This document shows, in pieces, positions 35,067 to 45,208 of a stretch of DNA of 64,000 nt (positions within the stretch are counted from its first letter, which is position 1; each line of letters opens with the position of its first letter). The stretch is from a virus. The stretch is from the IMG/VR virus record IMGVR_UViG_3300029922_000003. One strand, given 5' to 3'. The notes under the pieces are model-generated. The model searched no databases and was not told where the DNA came from. It saw only the letters and a list, made by a program, of their open reading frames with translations. The translations under genes were made by a program, and so were the position numbers.

Positions 35067-36497
35067 CTATACCTTTAGGAGCGACGCTGCACCAACAGGA
35101 GCAGGGATAGCATTGTGCTCAGGGATCTTATTGCCCCTAGGGAATGCAACAACCGACTGGCTCATCTGGATAGCATTGATGTACTCAGGCTTTCCAGTGC
35201 GCTTGTTCATTACTGGGAAGTAGATGTTTCCATCACTTCCTTTTTTAGCTACTGAGGAGTAGCGCTGATCGACACCAATGTTCTTGGACTCAGAGGATCT
35301 AATAGGATCCAGCACCATTGCTTGAGATGGGGACACTGCCCTACTGGACATCGGCACCGCATCCATTGAAGTAATAGCTCCCTCACCTGTCTGCACAACT
35401 CTCTTCTGGTAGTCGTAGATCTCCATAGGATTAATCCCAGAGATGTGGTTGCTCAAGCTATTGCCGACAATTAATCCATCTAGTTGCGGAGTAAAGTATC
35501 CAGGACGAATTCCCTTCAATGTCCTATTGTAAGTAGAGCGATGCAGAAGTGTCCTTGCTAGTTGGCCGGCATCCTTCTTAACCCTTTCTTCAAAGAGATC
35601 CTCTGGGCCCATGAAGTTCTTGTTGGCCATGCTATCACGGTCATCCTCCTCCTCAAGCCCCTTATTGATGTTGAGCAGCTTCTGGCTAGCCCTAAGAATC
35701 AACCTAGGACTAAGGTTCTTATCAGCGACGCCAAGCGTCCTTTGAGTAACCTCAGGATCAACCTCACCTCTGCCAAGCTCTTCGAGGAGCTCTTTCTTTT
35801 TTTGCTTGTCGTCTGCGCCAGGCGTTGCCTTTCGGCCCATGAGTTTATCATAGAATTTGCCAAATGACTTGTCGTCATCATGGCTCTTATTGGCGTCCAA
35901 AAGTTGTGGACCCCAATACTTCATAATCTCCCCATCATCCATACCCATTCCCTTAAGGACTGGATATAGCTTAATGCGGCTTTTACCGATCATGACTCTA
36001 TAAACACCAGTATCTGGCTCCATAAAAAGTCGCATTCCTTGGCCCGTGCCGCTAATTGTATTTATGTGACTTTCTATTTCGCCACTGTCTTTGCGCCTAG
36101 CGTAGATACCTGGCTTCAGGCGTTGTTGTCCAGCCACAAGGCTGTACTCACTACCCCCGTTGATAAAAGTCCCCCTGTGGGTCATCCAGGGCACCCTAGA
36201 AACCACCCCCTTAAATTCATCAAGCTTCTGACCGGTTAGCTTGTCGTGCAAAGTAATTGTCCCACTAATGGGTACAGATAGCTTACCTCCTGTTAGGAGT
36301 GCTTTCTTTTCGTCGTGCACACCATATGGCTTCTTCTGGTCGTAGTGCAGATCCTTGGCACTAATAACAACCTTTTCATTCTCCATGGGGAACTTAGCCT
36401 GATAGGCACCAAGAGTCCTGTCCAGAATGTCCTGCCTCAGCCCCTCTGGATCGTCAAACCCACGGAGGGTAACTCCTTTGGGGGATGGGATGTCCAC
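35067..36497 (-). CDS. rpoB: RNA polymerase beta subunit, N-terminal part
   Basis: PWMTHRGTFINGGSE...QQRLKPG, DDRDSMANK, NPMEIYDYQKR, DPIRSSESKNIGV. Confidence 0.92.
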   Translation of the reverse strand: MDIPSPKGVTLRGFDDPEGLRQDILDRTLGAYQAKFPMENEKVVISAKDLHYDQKKPYGVHDEKKALLTGGKLSVPISGTITLHDKLTGQKLDEFKGVVSRVPWMTHRGTFINGGSEYSLVAGQQRLKPGIYARRKDSGEIESHINTISGTGQGMRLFMEPDTGVYRVMIGKSRIKLYPVLKGMGMDDGEIMKYWGPQLLDANKSHDDDKSFGKFYDKLMGRKATPGADDKQKKKELLEELGRGEVDPEVTQRTLGVADKNLSPRLILRASQKLLNINKGLEEEDDRDSMANKNFMGPEDLFEERVKKDAGQLARTLLHRSTYNRTLKGIRPGYFTPQLDGLIVGNSLSNHISGINPMEIYDYQKRVVQTGEGAITSMDAVPMSSRAVSPSQAMVLDPIRSSESKNIGVDQRYSSVAKKGSDGNIYFPVMNKRTGKPEYINAIQMSQSVVAFPRGNKIPEHNAIPAPVGAASLLKV

Positions 36498-37531
36498 TAT
36501 TGTGTATTTGCTCCGAGAGCAAAGCTCTTGAGGATTTGTTCTTTGTGCTTCTCGAGAGCAGCAAGGGCTTGGGGATCAAGTGCGTCAAGTTGGACATCTC
36601 CACCATTAGTCTGCAGAACAGTAGTCTGTGGGCTAATCTCAGTCACATCTCTATCCGAGAAGATTGGGCGCTTGTGGGGATTTGTTTCAGTTGGGTCTGC
36701 TCCCACAGCGGGTTCGGGTTTGTGCCCCTTACCCATAAGAGAGGCGGCGATAGCCCCCTCAAGGATTCCACCCTCTTCTCCAGCCATCTTTGGTTGATTC
36801 GGGTCTGAGAGCTGGTCGGGCTGTTGAGGTGCAGACACAATCTTAACATACTGTGGAGTCTTCTGCATCTTTTTAGCCTCTTCGTCCTCAATGGCGCGAT
36901 CAACGTCCTTCTGGCGACTGTAGTAGTATTGATGGGCAGCAACTGCAGCCAGTAGAGCTGGTACAGTAGAAAGTGAGGCAAACATCGTGCCGGCAGTAGG
37001 CTGGCTAACTGCTGTCTTTTTAAGAATGTTGAGAGCAGCTTCCTTGCGAGTAGGCTCAACTGGAGCATCCTTAATCTGCTCAGTTACAGCCAAAAGTATT
37101 CCATCAAGTGTCGGATATTCAGAAGCCTGCTTGGGAGCGAGTTCCTGACCAAGATACCCAGCATACTGTTTCTTAACCGAACCAAGCTCATCATCCATCT
37201 GCTTCTGTCGGTACTTCTTCAGGATAGAGTCAATAACTGCATATCCAGCACCACCAGCAGCCATAGCAGAACCAACGACAAGAGGGGCATCCCATGCGTA
37301 CTGTCCAAAAGATGGTCCGGCAGTTTTCTGAGGGATCTGAATGACCAGAGTGTTATCCTTCTTCTGAGCGTCCTGCTGATCAACGGCATTGCTATGAAGA
37401 GACATCAAGTGAGACACAGCTGCAAGACCAGCTCCAGTTGCAAAGGCTGGAGGTCCAAATCGCATAAGTCGATCCTTGATGAGATCCAGCGTCAAGCCAG
37501 GGACTATAGTGTCAGCAGAAAGTTTGTTCAT
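36497..37531 (-). CDS. protein with three hydrophobic helices and KxA motifs, probably virion-associated
   Basis: 344 aa; KTAG, KQAS, KTAV, KMAG. Confidence 0.55.
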   Translation of the reverse strand: MNKLSADTIVPGLTLDLIKDRLMRFGPPAFATGAGLAAVSHLMSLHSNAVDQQDAQKKDNTLVIQIPQKTAGPSFGQYAWDAPLVVGSAMAAGGAGYAVIDSILKKYRQKQMDDELGSVKKQYAGYLGQELAPKQASEYPTLDGILLAVTEQIKDAPVEPTRKEAALNILKKTAVSQPTAGTMFASLSTVPALLAAVAAHQYYYSRQKDVDRAIEDEEAKKMQKTPQYVKIVSAPQQPDQLSDPNQPKMAGEEGGILEGAIAASLMGKGHKPEPAVGADPTETNPHKRPIFSDRDVTEISPQTTVLQTNGGDVQLDALDPQALAALEKHKEQILKSFALGANTQ

Positions 37532-37537
37532 GGTTAC

Positions 37538-37566
37538 AGTATAAGAAAACTACTAGAGCAAGTCTA
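37538..37566 (-). promoter_or_regulatory. sigma70-like promoter predicting a leaderless mRNA
   Basis: TAGACT-17-TATACT, 6 nt before ATG 37531, no SD. Confidence 0.5.
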
Positions 37567-37570
37567 TCAC

Positions 37571-38122
37571 TTACTTCTGCGTCTCGGAAGCTTTTTTGAC
37601 CACATTATATCCAGTACCCTTCCTAACCACATAATCCACAGGCTTAGTGGTTTTAACCACAACAATGGCTCTATATCCAAGAGGGGCCTTTTCGTCTATG
37701 TGGACAGTAGGGTCCTTTAGTGGTTCTGCTAACTTAATGCCAGACTCTGGATCAAATGCCTTATCTATGATTTGCTCATACCTATCTAGATCATCTTTGT
37801 TGGTGAGATCAAATACATAGATCTTGTTCTTGGTGAGTTTTATCTTTTGCTCAACAGGATCCTTCCTTTTAATAAACTCTTGCTGAGCAGACTCACCAGC
37901 AAATCCAGCACCAGTAAATGTCTGATCCTTGGATACTTTGTTTTTGGGGTCTACCTGACCTGTAAACTCTTGGGCAAAAGATGTTGGCTTGTGCCCCATA
38001 ACAACCCTCAAGGATTCCATCACGTCATCTGGGACGAGATCATCCAGTGGATTAGGGACTGGCTCTTTTGGGGGTAGTGCTGGATTTGGGGCCGCAGCGG
38101 CCTTAGTAGATTTTCTTGGCAT
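37571..38122 (-). CDS. hypothetical protein
   Basis: 183 aa. Confidence 0.6.
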   Translation of the reverse strand: MPRKSTKAAAAPNPALPPKEPVPNPLDDLVPDDVMESLRVVMGHKPTSFAQEFTGQVDPKNKVSKDQTFTGAGFAGESAQQEFIKRKDPVEQKIKLTKNKIYVFDLTNKDDLDRYEQIIDKAFDPESGIKLAEPLKDPTVHIDEKAPLGYRAIVVVKTTKPVDYVVRKGTGYNVVKKASETQK

Positions 38123-38133
38123 TGTTCAGTGGA

Positions 38134-38499
38134 TTACACAGCGCCGTCACTGGCTTGCTGGTTACCATTGAATATCTGCTGATCCTGAGCGTTTGCAAGC
38201 ATTTTTTTGTACGTATCTACTTTTGCTCTTGTTGCTCTCATCTGAGGGGACTCTGACTCATCAGCTGTCTGTTCCATCTTGTGACGAAGCATAGCGGAAC
38301 CAACTCCAAGTCCAGCTCCACTAGCGATGCCAAGCATCATCAGCTCTTTAGAGATGTCCACTCCACCCTGAATAAAACCCTCTGCTGTTTTAGGAGAGAG
38401 TCCAAACTCGCTCATAGCCTTACAAAATCCAAGCTTAACCGCCTGGAATGCTTGTTCGGTGTCGTCTCCTTTGATAATTAGTTCTGCAATCTTGTCCAT
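38134..38499 (-). CDS. small glycine-zipper protein
   Basis: LGIASGAGLGVG; KTAE. Confidence 0.55.
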   Translation of the reverse strand: MDKIAELIIKGDDTEQAFQAVKLGFCKAMSEFGLSPKTAEGFIQGGVDISKELMMLGIASGAGLGVGSAMLRHKMEQTADESESPQMRATRAKVDTYKKMLANAQDQQIFNGNQQASDGAV

Positions 38500-38529
38500 T
38501 GTTTGATTATAGTTAGTTTTTAAAAAGTT

Positions 38530-40011
38530 TCAATAGGTCATATACCCATCATTGTTCCAGATAGGTCCAGAGTTATTGTTCCCCATGCTGCTGCCTAGTG
38601 CACCACCAATAGCCATAGAAGCAATTGTTCCAGCTCCACCAAATCCCATACACTTAGACAGAACATATCCAGAAAGCATTCCTAGGCCAAGATTTTCAAT
38701 CCTACTGACAGATGTCTGTCCACCAGAAGAGTTCATTGCTGTACGGGCTTGCTGAAGCAGAATGTTCCTGTCCCCAGGAGTAAGACTCGGGTCAGCACCA
38801 AGAATTCCCTGAAGTGAAATTAGATCAACGGTCTGGTTTGCCTCCTTCTCCATCTTCTCTTTCAAGCTGTGCTCGATAGCAGACTCTTGTGCATACGCTC
38901 CGTGAGCATCTGCATGGGTTCCAAGAACTCTCTTCCCATCCTTTGTGTACAACTTCCACTTGCCATCCTCTTTCCTGATGATGGCAGACTTGGTTAATTC
39001 CTCCTCGTCAGAACCTATCTTGTCTGGAGTAGGAGCAGCATTGACAACGTCTAGTGTCGTTGGATACTTAGAATAAGAGGATGGGATCTGGGGCATAACC
39101 CCAGGTTTCCATCCATTAGCATAGATCTTCCTGTCTTGTGGAGACAATCCAGATGTATTCCCAAGAGCATGATACAAACCTGAGATGCCAGCACCACCAG
39201 CACCACCAAGGAACATGTCGCTAGCAAGAGCGTTGTGATTCTGTCCAAAGAGCCTCTGGATGATATTCCTCAGCCCCATCACCCCAGCCCCAATACCTCC
39301 AGCAATTCCAACTGACTTCAACATACTCCCGTTGTCATCAGTCCCACCAAGTGGGTATAGGAGCTTCTCTGGGGCCGGCACAATAGACTTTAACTTATCT
39401 TCATATCCAGAAGCTACTGTAGGGATGTTGCTACCCTGTAGGTTTGAGCCAAGATTCTGACTCTCTTGATTAGCCAATCCCTGTATTGATGTTAGGTCAA
39501 ACGCCTTTTTCTTGTGTGTGTCCATAATAGAACTCACAAAAGTGTCCACATCGTGCTCGGGGTTCTTTCGAGGAACAATGTGCCAATCTTCTTCGTTGTC
39601 CGAAGCTTTGGCTATGTCGAAAGTTGTATTGGTCTTGCCAGTCTGGAATGTACCGGTAATCTTACCTGAATCAGCTTTGTGTATCTGTGCCCTTCCCTTT
39701 GTGGAGTTTCCTCCCACTCCAAAGTCTTGAGATTCTGAATCTGGCAATCTTTTTGCCTTAATAGGAGCTCCCTCTTTCTCTGGCTTCTCCAGGCGGAAAT
39801 TGACAGCTCTATTGTCCAGCAAGAATGATAGGATGCGTCTCTTGTCACTATCCTCAGTCATTGCATAGTCCCACATCTTGGACTTGTCGATCTTAGGGAT
39901 GCCACTAAAGCTCTGTCTCGACCCCTGCATCGGAGAAACGACAAATGACCCCATATTGACTGGGGCCAGGAGAGATCCTACATCTTTGTCGCTTAGGAGG
40001 GGGCTTGGCAT
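38530..40011 (-). CDS. multidomain glycine-zipper protein, probably head-associated
   Basis: KKAF, KSAI and KEAN separate modules; includes IRKEDGKWKLYTKDGKRVLGTH module. Confidence 0.55.
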   Translation of the reverse strand: MPSPLLSDKDVGSLLAPVNMGSFVVSPMQGSRQSFSGIPKIDKSKMWDYAMTEDSDKRRILSFLLDNRAVNFRLEKPEKEGAPIKAKRLPDSESQDFGVGGNSTKGRAQIHKADSGKITGTFQTGKTNTTFDIAKASDNEEDWHIVPRKNPEHDVDTFVSSIMDTHKKKAFDLTSIQGLANQESQNLGSNLQGSNIPTVASGYEDKLKSIVPAPEKLLYPLGGTDDNGSMLKSVGIAGGIGAGVMGLRNIIQRLFGQNHNALASDMFLGGAGGAGISGLYHALGNTSGLSPQDRKIYANGWKPGVMPQIPSSYSKYPTTLDVVNAAPTPDKIGSDEEELTKSAIIRKEDGKWKLYTKDGKRVLGTHADAHGAYAQESAIEHSLKEKMEKEANQTVDLISLQGILGADPSLTPGDRNILLQQARTAMNSSGGQTSVSRIENLGLGMLSGYVLSKCMGFGGAGTIASMAIGGALGSSMGNNNSGPIWNNDGYMTY

Positions 40012-40703
40012 TATGCGTTAGCAATAGCTGCTGAGTTTTGACCGCGAAGCTTTTCTTGAACAGCCTGCCATGCGCTACCTAGGTCTTTTCCACCATTCAT
40101 TGTGTACATACCAAGGAGTCCACCAGCACCAGCTCCAACAACTGACTGACCAGTCCCACCACCCCATAGTTTAGGAATGAGACTTCCGGCAACACTACCA
40201 GCCACAAGTCCAGCAATTGGCTTGTAGTGCTCTGGCTGCTTGAGCCAATCCCAAGCCTTTTCAGCCTGATTGGCAACACCACTGGACTGAAGCCACTTTC
40301 CAACTCCAGTATTGTTCATAAAATTCTGTCCCTCTCCAGATGCAAACCCCTGAGCTGCACCCTGTTGCATAGAAGTAGGTCCTTTGCTTGCCAACCAACC
40401 CATCCCCTTGCCAATGCCACCCACTATATTGTTGTACCAATCAGCGATCTTATCCATGTCCTCTGATGCGCTCTTTGTGAGTCCTTCGCGCTCCTGCCAA
40501 TTGGCCCCCTCTTCAGCCAGGTAGCGGATAAACCCGACAGCCATGAAGGGATCCATGTTTGCTTCTTTGTGTAGATAATCAATAAATCCAACACAGAAGT
40601 CTGATTGCTGCTGGGGAGTTGAAAGATCAAAGTCTGTCTTGGAGAGTGCTCCAACCTTTTCAAAGACCTTAGCAGAAAATTCGGGAGTGAGTTCGAGTCG
40701 CAT
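40011..40703 (-). CDS. glycine-zipper protein
   Basis: Probable start ATG 40703; GFIDYLHKEA, KSAS. Confidence 0.55.
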   Translation of the reverse strand: MRLELTPEFSAKVFEKVGALSKTDFDLSTPQQQSDFCVGFIDYLHKEANMDPFMAVGFIRYLAEEGANWQEREGLTKSASEDMDKIADWYNNIVGGIGKGMGWLASKGPTSMQQGAAQGFASGEGQNFMNNTGVGKWLQSSGVANQAEKAWDWLKQPEHYKPIAGLVAGSVAGSLIPKLWGGGTGQSVVGAGAGGLLGMYTMNGGKDLGSAWQAVQEKLRGQNSAAIANA

Positions 40704-40745
40704 ATACCTTATATGATAAACCGACACAGAGTAAATTCAACAAAA

Positions 40746-40991
40746 TTAAAATATTTCCTCATCTGGGACTTCAATAACCCTTGGAGGATTTAACTCCTTT
40801 AGTTTAAATGGATAGAATGCAAGATCTGGATCAACCATGGACAAGCAGTAGTTCCTGAACTCCTGGAGTAGCATGGCTACCTCCAGGACAAAGTGCAGCT
40901 TGTGCTTAGGATATACAAAGTTGTCCTGCATACGAAAGTACACAGGACAGAACAAGAACCACCCTTCGTGATCAAACTCTACCTTCATCAT
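40746..40991 (-). CDS. hypothetical protein
   Basis: 81 aa. Confidence 0.5.
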   Translation of the reverse strand: MMKVEFDHEGWFLFCPVYFRMQDNFVYPKHKLHFVLEVAMLLQEFRNYCLSMVDPDLAFYPFKLKELNPPRVIEVPDEEIF

Positions 40992-42811
40992 TGTGGTGGT
41001 GGAGCAGGAGTCCCCTGTTGAGGAGTTGCTCCATCTGTCTCTGGTTGTACAGATGGGTCTCCTCCACCAGCTGGGATTGCACCATTCTGTACAATACTAG
41101 GAAGAGCTTGCTCTCCACCAACCGAGCGAGCTTGATTGCGAAGCTGCTCCATCTTCTTAAGGACGAGAGCATGCAGCGTATCGTTGCTGCTTCGGATAGA
41201 TGTGAGTTGGCGGCGACGTTCTGAGTCAGGCATCTGGAGAAGCTTGCGAGCCATGTCATCGGCCTCTTGATTGACGTTCTCTGGAGTAGCTCCACCACCT
41301 TGCTGATCCTGACCATTTGGGTCTTGAGGATTGATAAGCCCCATCTGAGACATCTGGGCCTCTTCTTGAGTCTCTTTGGAAAGTTCCTGCTCTTTGCTTT
41401 GCTCCTCGAGGATTTTCTTGTACTCCTCTTCTGGATCGGAAATGCCCATCGGGCCCATAGCAGTTGCCTTGCTGATTAGGTTGGCCTGCATGGCCTGGAG
41501 TCTCCAAGCCTTGTTTTCCAGATCGTCGATGATCTTGACACTTTCGAGCTCGCACTCGTAGTCGCCACTACCCATATAAGAGGAAATCTTGGATACCGAC
41601 TCTTGAGCAAGTAGATTGAGCCCACGCACTAGATGCGACCATCCACGCTCAAATACACGCAAGCTAACTGGAGCAGCTTGTAGTGTCATAGATGAGCGAT
41701 ACAACTCTGGAGGTATACCGCGCCCATTGAGCATTCGGTCCTCTTCATCCTTGATCATCTCAGTAGGAGCTAGCTGAGTCCCTTCTCCACCGATTGGCTG
41801 GTATTCCACAGGGAATGGGAAGAAGTTCCAATCAGTTCCATCAGATCGGTGTCTAACCACTGCATTCTGCATCTCATTAGTCCAGGTACGCATCATATTG
41901 TTATAGATGCTATTCCCGTCCTGATATGACCCCTGCTTGGGAGAGATGATACGAATGGGAACAATGTAATCCATCATCAGTACCTCGTTGTAGCGACGAA
42001 GAACCTGAAGCCTAAAGAAGTTCTTAAAGGAAGATAGAATAGATGGGAGACCCCAACCACCAAGCCAAAGACCAGCAAGGTGGGGCTCTTTCATGTGAAA
42101 TAGATGCCCTTCTTTGAACTTAAACTGGGTGTCCTTCTTGATGGCCTGAAGGAATGGAAGAGGGGTTGTCCTTACGTAGAATGGATCACCAGTGGTAATT
42201 CCAGACTTGATCTCATGAGGAATGTCAGTCCAATACTCAGTATTGTGGGTCAGGCGATTGGCCTTGATTGTAATAAACTTTGGATTCCATCGTACCAACT
42301 CAATTCCCTTTGAATCCTTCTTCTTATAGTCTTTTACAAAGTGTCGCTTATCCACCTTGCACTTGGGGCAATAGGTGGAAAACGTAGCCTCACTTGAATT
42401 ATACTTAAATGGGATGTGCTCGATATTCGTCTCTCTTTTGCACTCACCACATATCAGCACACGAGTAAATGGCATGGAGATAGTTGTAAAACTATTCCCG
42501 TATGTCATTAGATCATTGCCAGCAGCCTGCATATTACCAATTAGATCAACATCGTTCTTGATAAGGTCCTCAAACTTTTTACGCTCTTCGTCAGCCTGAC
42601 CCATGAACTTCAGTTCGGACAGGAAATAACTCACAATGCGCTCAGAGGCCATTTTGTATGTAGAGTCGTTGACATACAGAAATTCACTTAGCTCAAGGGC
42701 GCTAACTATAGTCCTAGGGGCATAGGTAGATGCAAGGTCAATCCATGGGTTCATGAATCCAGACGGATCTGAAGACCCCCCGGACAGGGATGAAATAATA
42801 TCTAAATTCAT
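40988..42811 (-). CDS. probable portal protein with Zn-ribbon insertion
   Basis: 607 aa; F.MKE....G..GWGLP.I...F, IVPIRII, RGIPPEL pattern and Q-rich tail; CGEC...CPKC insertion; recognition by eye only. Confidence 0.5.
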   Translation of the reverse strand: MNLDIISSLSGGSSDPSGFMNPWIDLASTYAPRTIVSALELSEFLYVNDSTYKMASERIVSYFLSELKFMGQADEERKKFEDLIKNDVDLIGNMQAAGNDLMTYGNSFTTISMPFTRVLICGECKRETNIEHIPFKYNSSEATFSTYCPKCKVDKRHFVKDYKKKDSKGIELVRWNPKFITIKANRLTHNTEYWTDIPHEIKSGITTGDPFYVRTTPLPFLQAIKKDTQFKFKEGHLFHMKEPHLAGLWLGGWGLPSILSSFKNFFRLQVLRRYNEVLMMDYIVPIRIISPKQGSYQDGNSIYNNMMRTWTNEMQNAVVRHRSDGTDWNFFPFPVEYQPIGGEGTQLAPTEMIKDEEDRMLNGRGIPPELYRSSMTLQAAPVSLRVFERGWSHLVRGLNLLAQESVSKISSYMGSGDYECELESVKIIDDLENKAWRLQAMQANLISKATAMGPMGISDPEEEYKKILEEQSKEQELSKETQEEAQMSQMGLINPQDPNGQDQQGGGATPENVNQEADDMARKLLQMPDSERRRQLTSIRSSNDTLHALVLKKMEQLRNQARSVGGEQALPSIVQNGAIPAGGGDPSVQPETDGATPQQGTPAPPPQ

Positions 42812-42829
42812 GGTGTGTTAAGTTCTAGA

Positions 42830-43015
42830 TTATTCGGACGCCTTGCCGTCGACGCCATCTACCTCTAAAAGTCTGATAAAAATCTTTTCTGTACCGCGAT
42901 TAACTGTACCAGCCTGACTGATCTTGAAGGATGGAGAGTCAGAAGCGGTTTTGTCATTTCCCTCAAATTCCTCTTCGGGGGTTAGGTCTTCTCTTATGAT
43001 GGCAAGTTTGTCCAT
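42830..43015 (-). CDS. small acidic protein
   Basis: 61 aa; DKTAS. Confidence 0.45.
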   Translation of the reverse strand: MDKLAIIREDLTPEEEFEGNDKTASDSPSFKISQAGTVNRGTEKIFIRLLEVDGVDGKASE

Positions 43016-43016
43016 A

Positions 43017-43322
43017 TTATTGTTTTGGTTGTTCTGGTTCTACCATTCCAAGTTGTTTAGCTTTCTCCTCTTTCTCCTCGTGCTTGCCATCTGGCTTTTT
43101 TTGCGTAAGGAAAGATTCCAGGTTTTGACTAAAGTCTCCACCACCCTCGTTTAAGTCTTGGAGCTCTAACTCAGGACCACCGTGGTTTTCCCCCTGATGT
43201 TCTTTATTAACGGTGTCTGGAGTGTTGGTATCAGAAAGTACATCTGCTTCCTTTTGTGTAGGAAAAGCTAGTTTATCCAGTATTTCGACAGAAAACGGGA
43301 ATTTTTGAAGTGTTTCGTTCAT
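43017..43322 (-). CDS. acidic hypothetical protein
   Basis: 101 aa. Confidence 0.5.
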   Translation of the reverse strand: MNETLQKFPFSVEILDKLAFPTQKEADVLSDTNTPDTVNKEHQGENHGGPELELQDLNEGGGDFSQNLESFLTQKKPDGKHEEKEEKAKQLGMVEPEQPKQ

Positions 43323-43349
43323 TTTTTAATGATAATTGGTATTTTCTAT

Positions 43350-43640
43350 TTAGTCCACTAATTCCTCATACGTCTCAAGAAAGATCTCATTCCTGATTGC
43401 ATAGAACTCACCTTGGACACCTTTAATGATCCAGTCGCCCTCAGTAGCAATGTGTGCAACCTTTAGGACTGCTCCATCTTCAAGAGTCTTGATCTGTGCC
43501 TCTCCCTTAGCAGTTGGATGTCTTGCCTTCACGACATTGCCAAGAGCTTCTCCACAGAACTCCTTGAGCTCCTTTATTCCTTTGGGAGAGTATACAAATC
43601 TCACTGCTTCAATAATTACTGGTTTCTTTCTATATTTCAT
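43350..43640 (-). CDS. widespread phage protein (YRKKPVxIEA...GDWIIKGVxGEFY family)
   Basis: Characteristic N- and C-terminal motifs. Confidence 0.8.
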   Translation of the reverse strand: MKYRKKPVIIEAVRFVYSPKGIKELKEFCGEALGNVVKARHPTAKGEAQIKTLEDGAVLKVAHIATEGDWIIKGVQGEFYAIRNEIFLETYEELVD

Positions 43641-44395
43641 TTCTTTCTTTTTGGTTTAAATGGTTTTGTTTTCCTGCCCCACCAGTTGTGCCCGAGGTTA
43701 GCAATCTCGCTAGACAAGTGGAATACTACGGCCTGGTCTAAAATCTGTCTCTGCTCCATGGGCCACAAAAGGGCAAATTCTACGTCACTCCACTCAGCAC
43801 CAGTACGCAACTCTGGATATCTGATCTTTGACTTAATCATGTAGTTGTAATGAAACAACTGCAAAAATCCTAGTGGTACATCTCCGTTTATCCCCCTAAC
43901 CTGGAATCTAGGCATCACTGGATACGGGAGCTTAACAAAGTTCTGCCACTCCTGGATCTCATACCACCAATAGAGCCTATCCAGATCTCCAGACTCTAGC
44001 AGCTTTTCATACTGATCATATCCAGTAATGTCAAATCTATCGAATCCATATAGGGTGCTCGTGTCGCTCACTTTCTCAAACAGCTTAGATTTTAGTCCAG
44101 TCGGAAGAAGGATGTCTGCATCCAAGCACATAATCCAATCATTGTACTTTATGTTCTGAATCCCAAGGTTTGTAGCAGCGCCCTTATTAAATACTGCACC
44201 ATTTCTAGTGAATTTGTCTGTGACTAGAAAGTCTACCCCAAGATCCTGACACACTAGTTGGGTGGCTTTATCCCTAGGCGACGTTACAACAGTCACGTGA
44301 TCAAGCTCCTTCTTGGCAACAGGTAGTGTTACTTTAAGAAAGTCTGGATAATCGACACAAGTAATGATTGCGTCTATTTTGGGTTCGTACTTCAT
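43637..44395 (-). CDS. GT-A fold glycosyltransferase (GT2-like)
   Basis: CVDYPDFL, FNKG.A.NLG, WIMCLDADILLP (DxD motif). Confidence 0.8.
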   Translation of the reverse strand: MKYEPKIDAIITCVDYPDFLKVTLPVAKKELDHVTVVTSPRDKATQLVCQDLGVDFLVTDKFTRNGAVFNKGAATNLGIQNIKYNDWIMCLDADILLPTGLKSKLFEKVSDTSTLYGFDRFDITGYDQYEKLLESGDLDRLYWWYEIQEWQNFVKLPYPVMPRFQVRGINGDVPLGFLQLFHYNYMIKSKIRYPELRTGAEWSDVEFALLWPMEQRQILDQAVVFHLSSEIANLGHNWWGRKTKPFKPKRKK

Positions 44396-44955
44396 GCTTG
44401 TTCAGGCGTAACAATAAAGAACACAGACAGAACAGCTCCCAGTTCAGACACTGGGATATAAATACCAGAGGCGTAGATATCAATCGTCTCCCCCCTATAC
44501 TTTACCTCAAGTGTAGCTCCTCTTTTGGGTCGTACCTTAACCCTGTCCTCTTCTGGAGTGATAATAGAGAATACATTGGCGTCCCTATAGATCTCAAGAG
44601 TAGCTATAGACACTTCTGTCCATGGGGTGACAAACACAACATCCTCCATAGGATTAAGTAGCCTTCTCTTTTTTTCAAATGTGACCTCGTCGCTTGTATC
44701 TAGAGATACATCCTCTGTATATTCTTCAGGAAGGGATGGAGAGATCACAGGTTGTGGTTTCCTCTTCCTTCTCGCCCTAGTAGTGGGCAGTAGTTCTGGT
44801 GGAGGAGTTGGAGCTTCAATAGTCTCTCTAGTCCCCTTAGTTACATCCCAAACCTCAAACTCACTAACCCCAGCGTTTTGCATTTCTGCAATCTGTTGGT
44901 TTGCCGGTTTGATTTGGGCATATCCCTCCATTGGTGATTTTGATACTGAAGACAT
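44392..44955 (-). CDS. hypothetical protein
   Basis: 187 aa. Confidence 0.6.
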   Translation of the reverse strand: MSSVSKSPMEGYAQIKPANQQIAEMQNAGVSEFEVWDVTKGTRETIEAPTPPPELLPTTRARRKRKPQPVISPSLPEEYTEDVSLDTSDEVTFEKKRRLLNPMEDVVFVTPWTEVSIATLEIYRDANVFSIITPEEDRVKVRPKRGATLEVKYRGETIDIYASGIYIPVSELGAVLSVFFIVTPEQA

Positions 44956-45208
44956 GTGTGTGTTGTGTTGTTACCATCCCCAGACCTGTACGCCAGTGGC
45001 GGAAGTATTGGGTCGGTTGTAATTCTGTGGATTTTCTATCTGGTGACTTGTTATCACAATAGGTGTACTTTTGTAGTAGAACTTGATAGGAGAGTCAATC
45101 CCATTCTCACCCGTTGCGACTCTTCTTTGGTAATCAGGATCGTGGTCCCCCATCATTCCATACTGGAAGTTGACGTGGGACAAAATAGAAAATATCGCAA
45201 ATAGGGTT

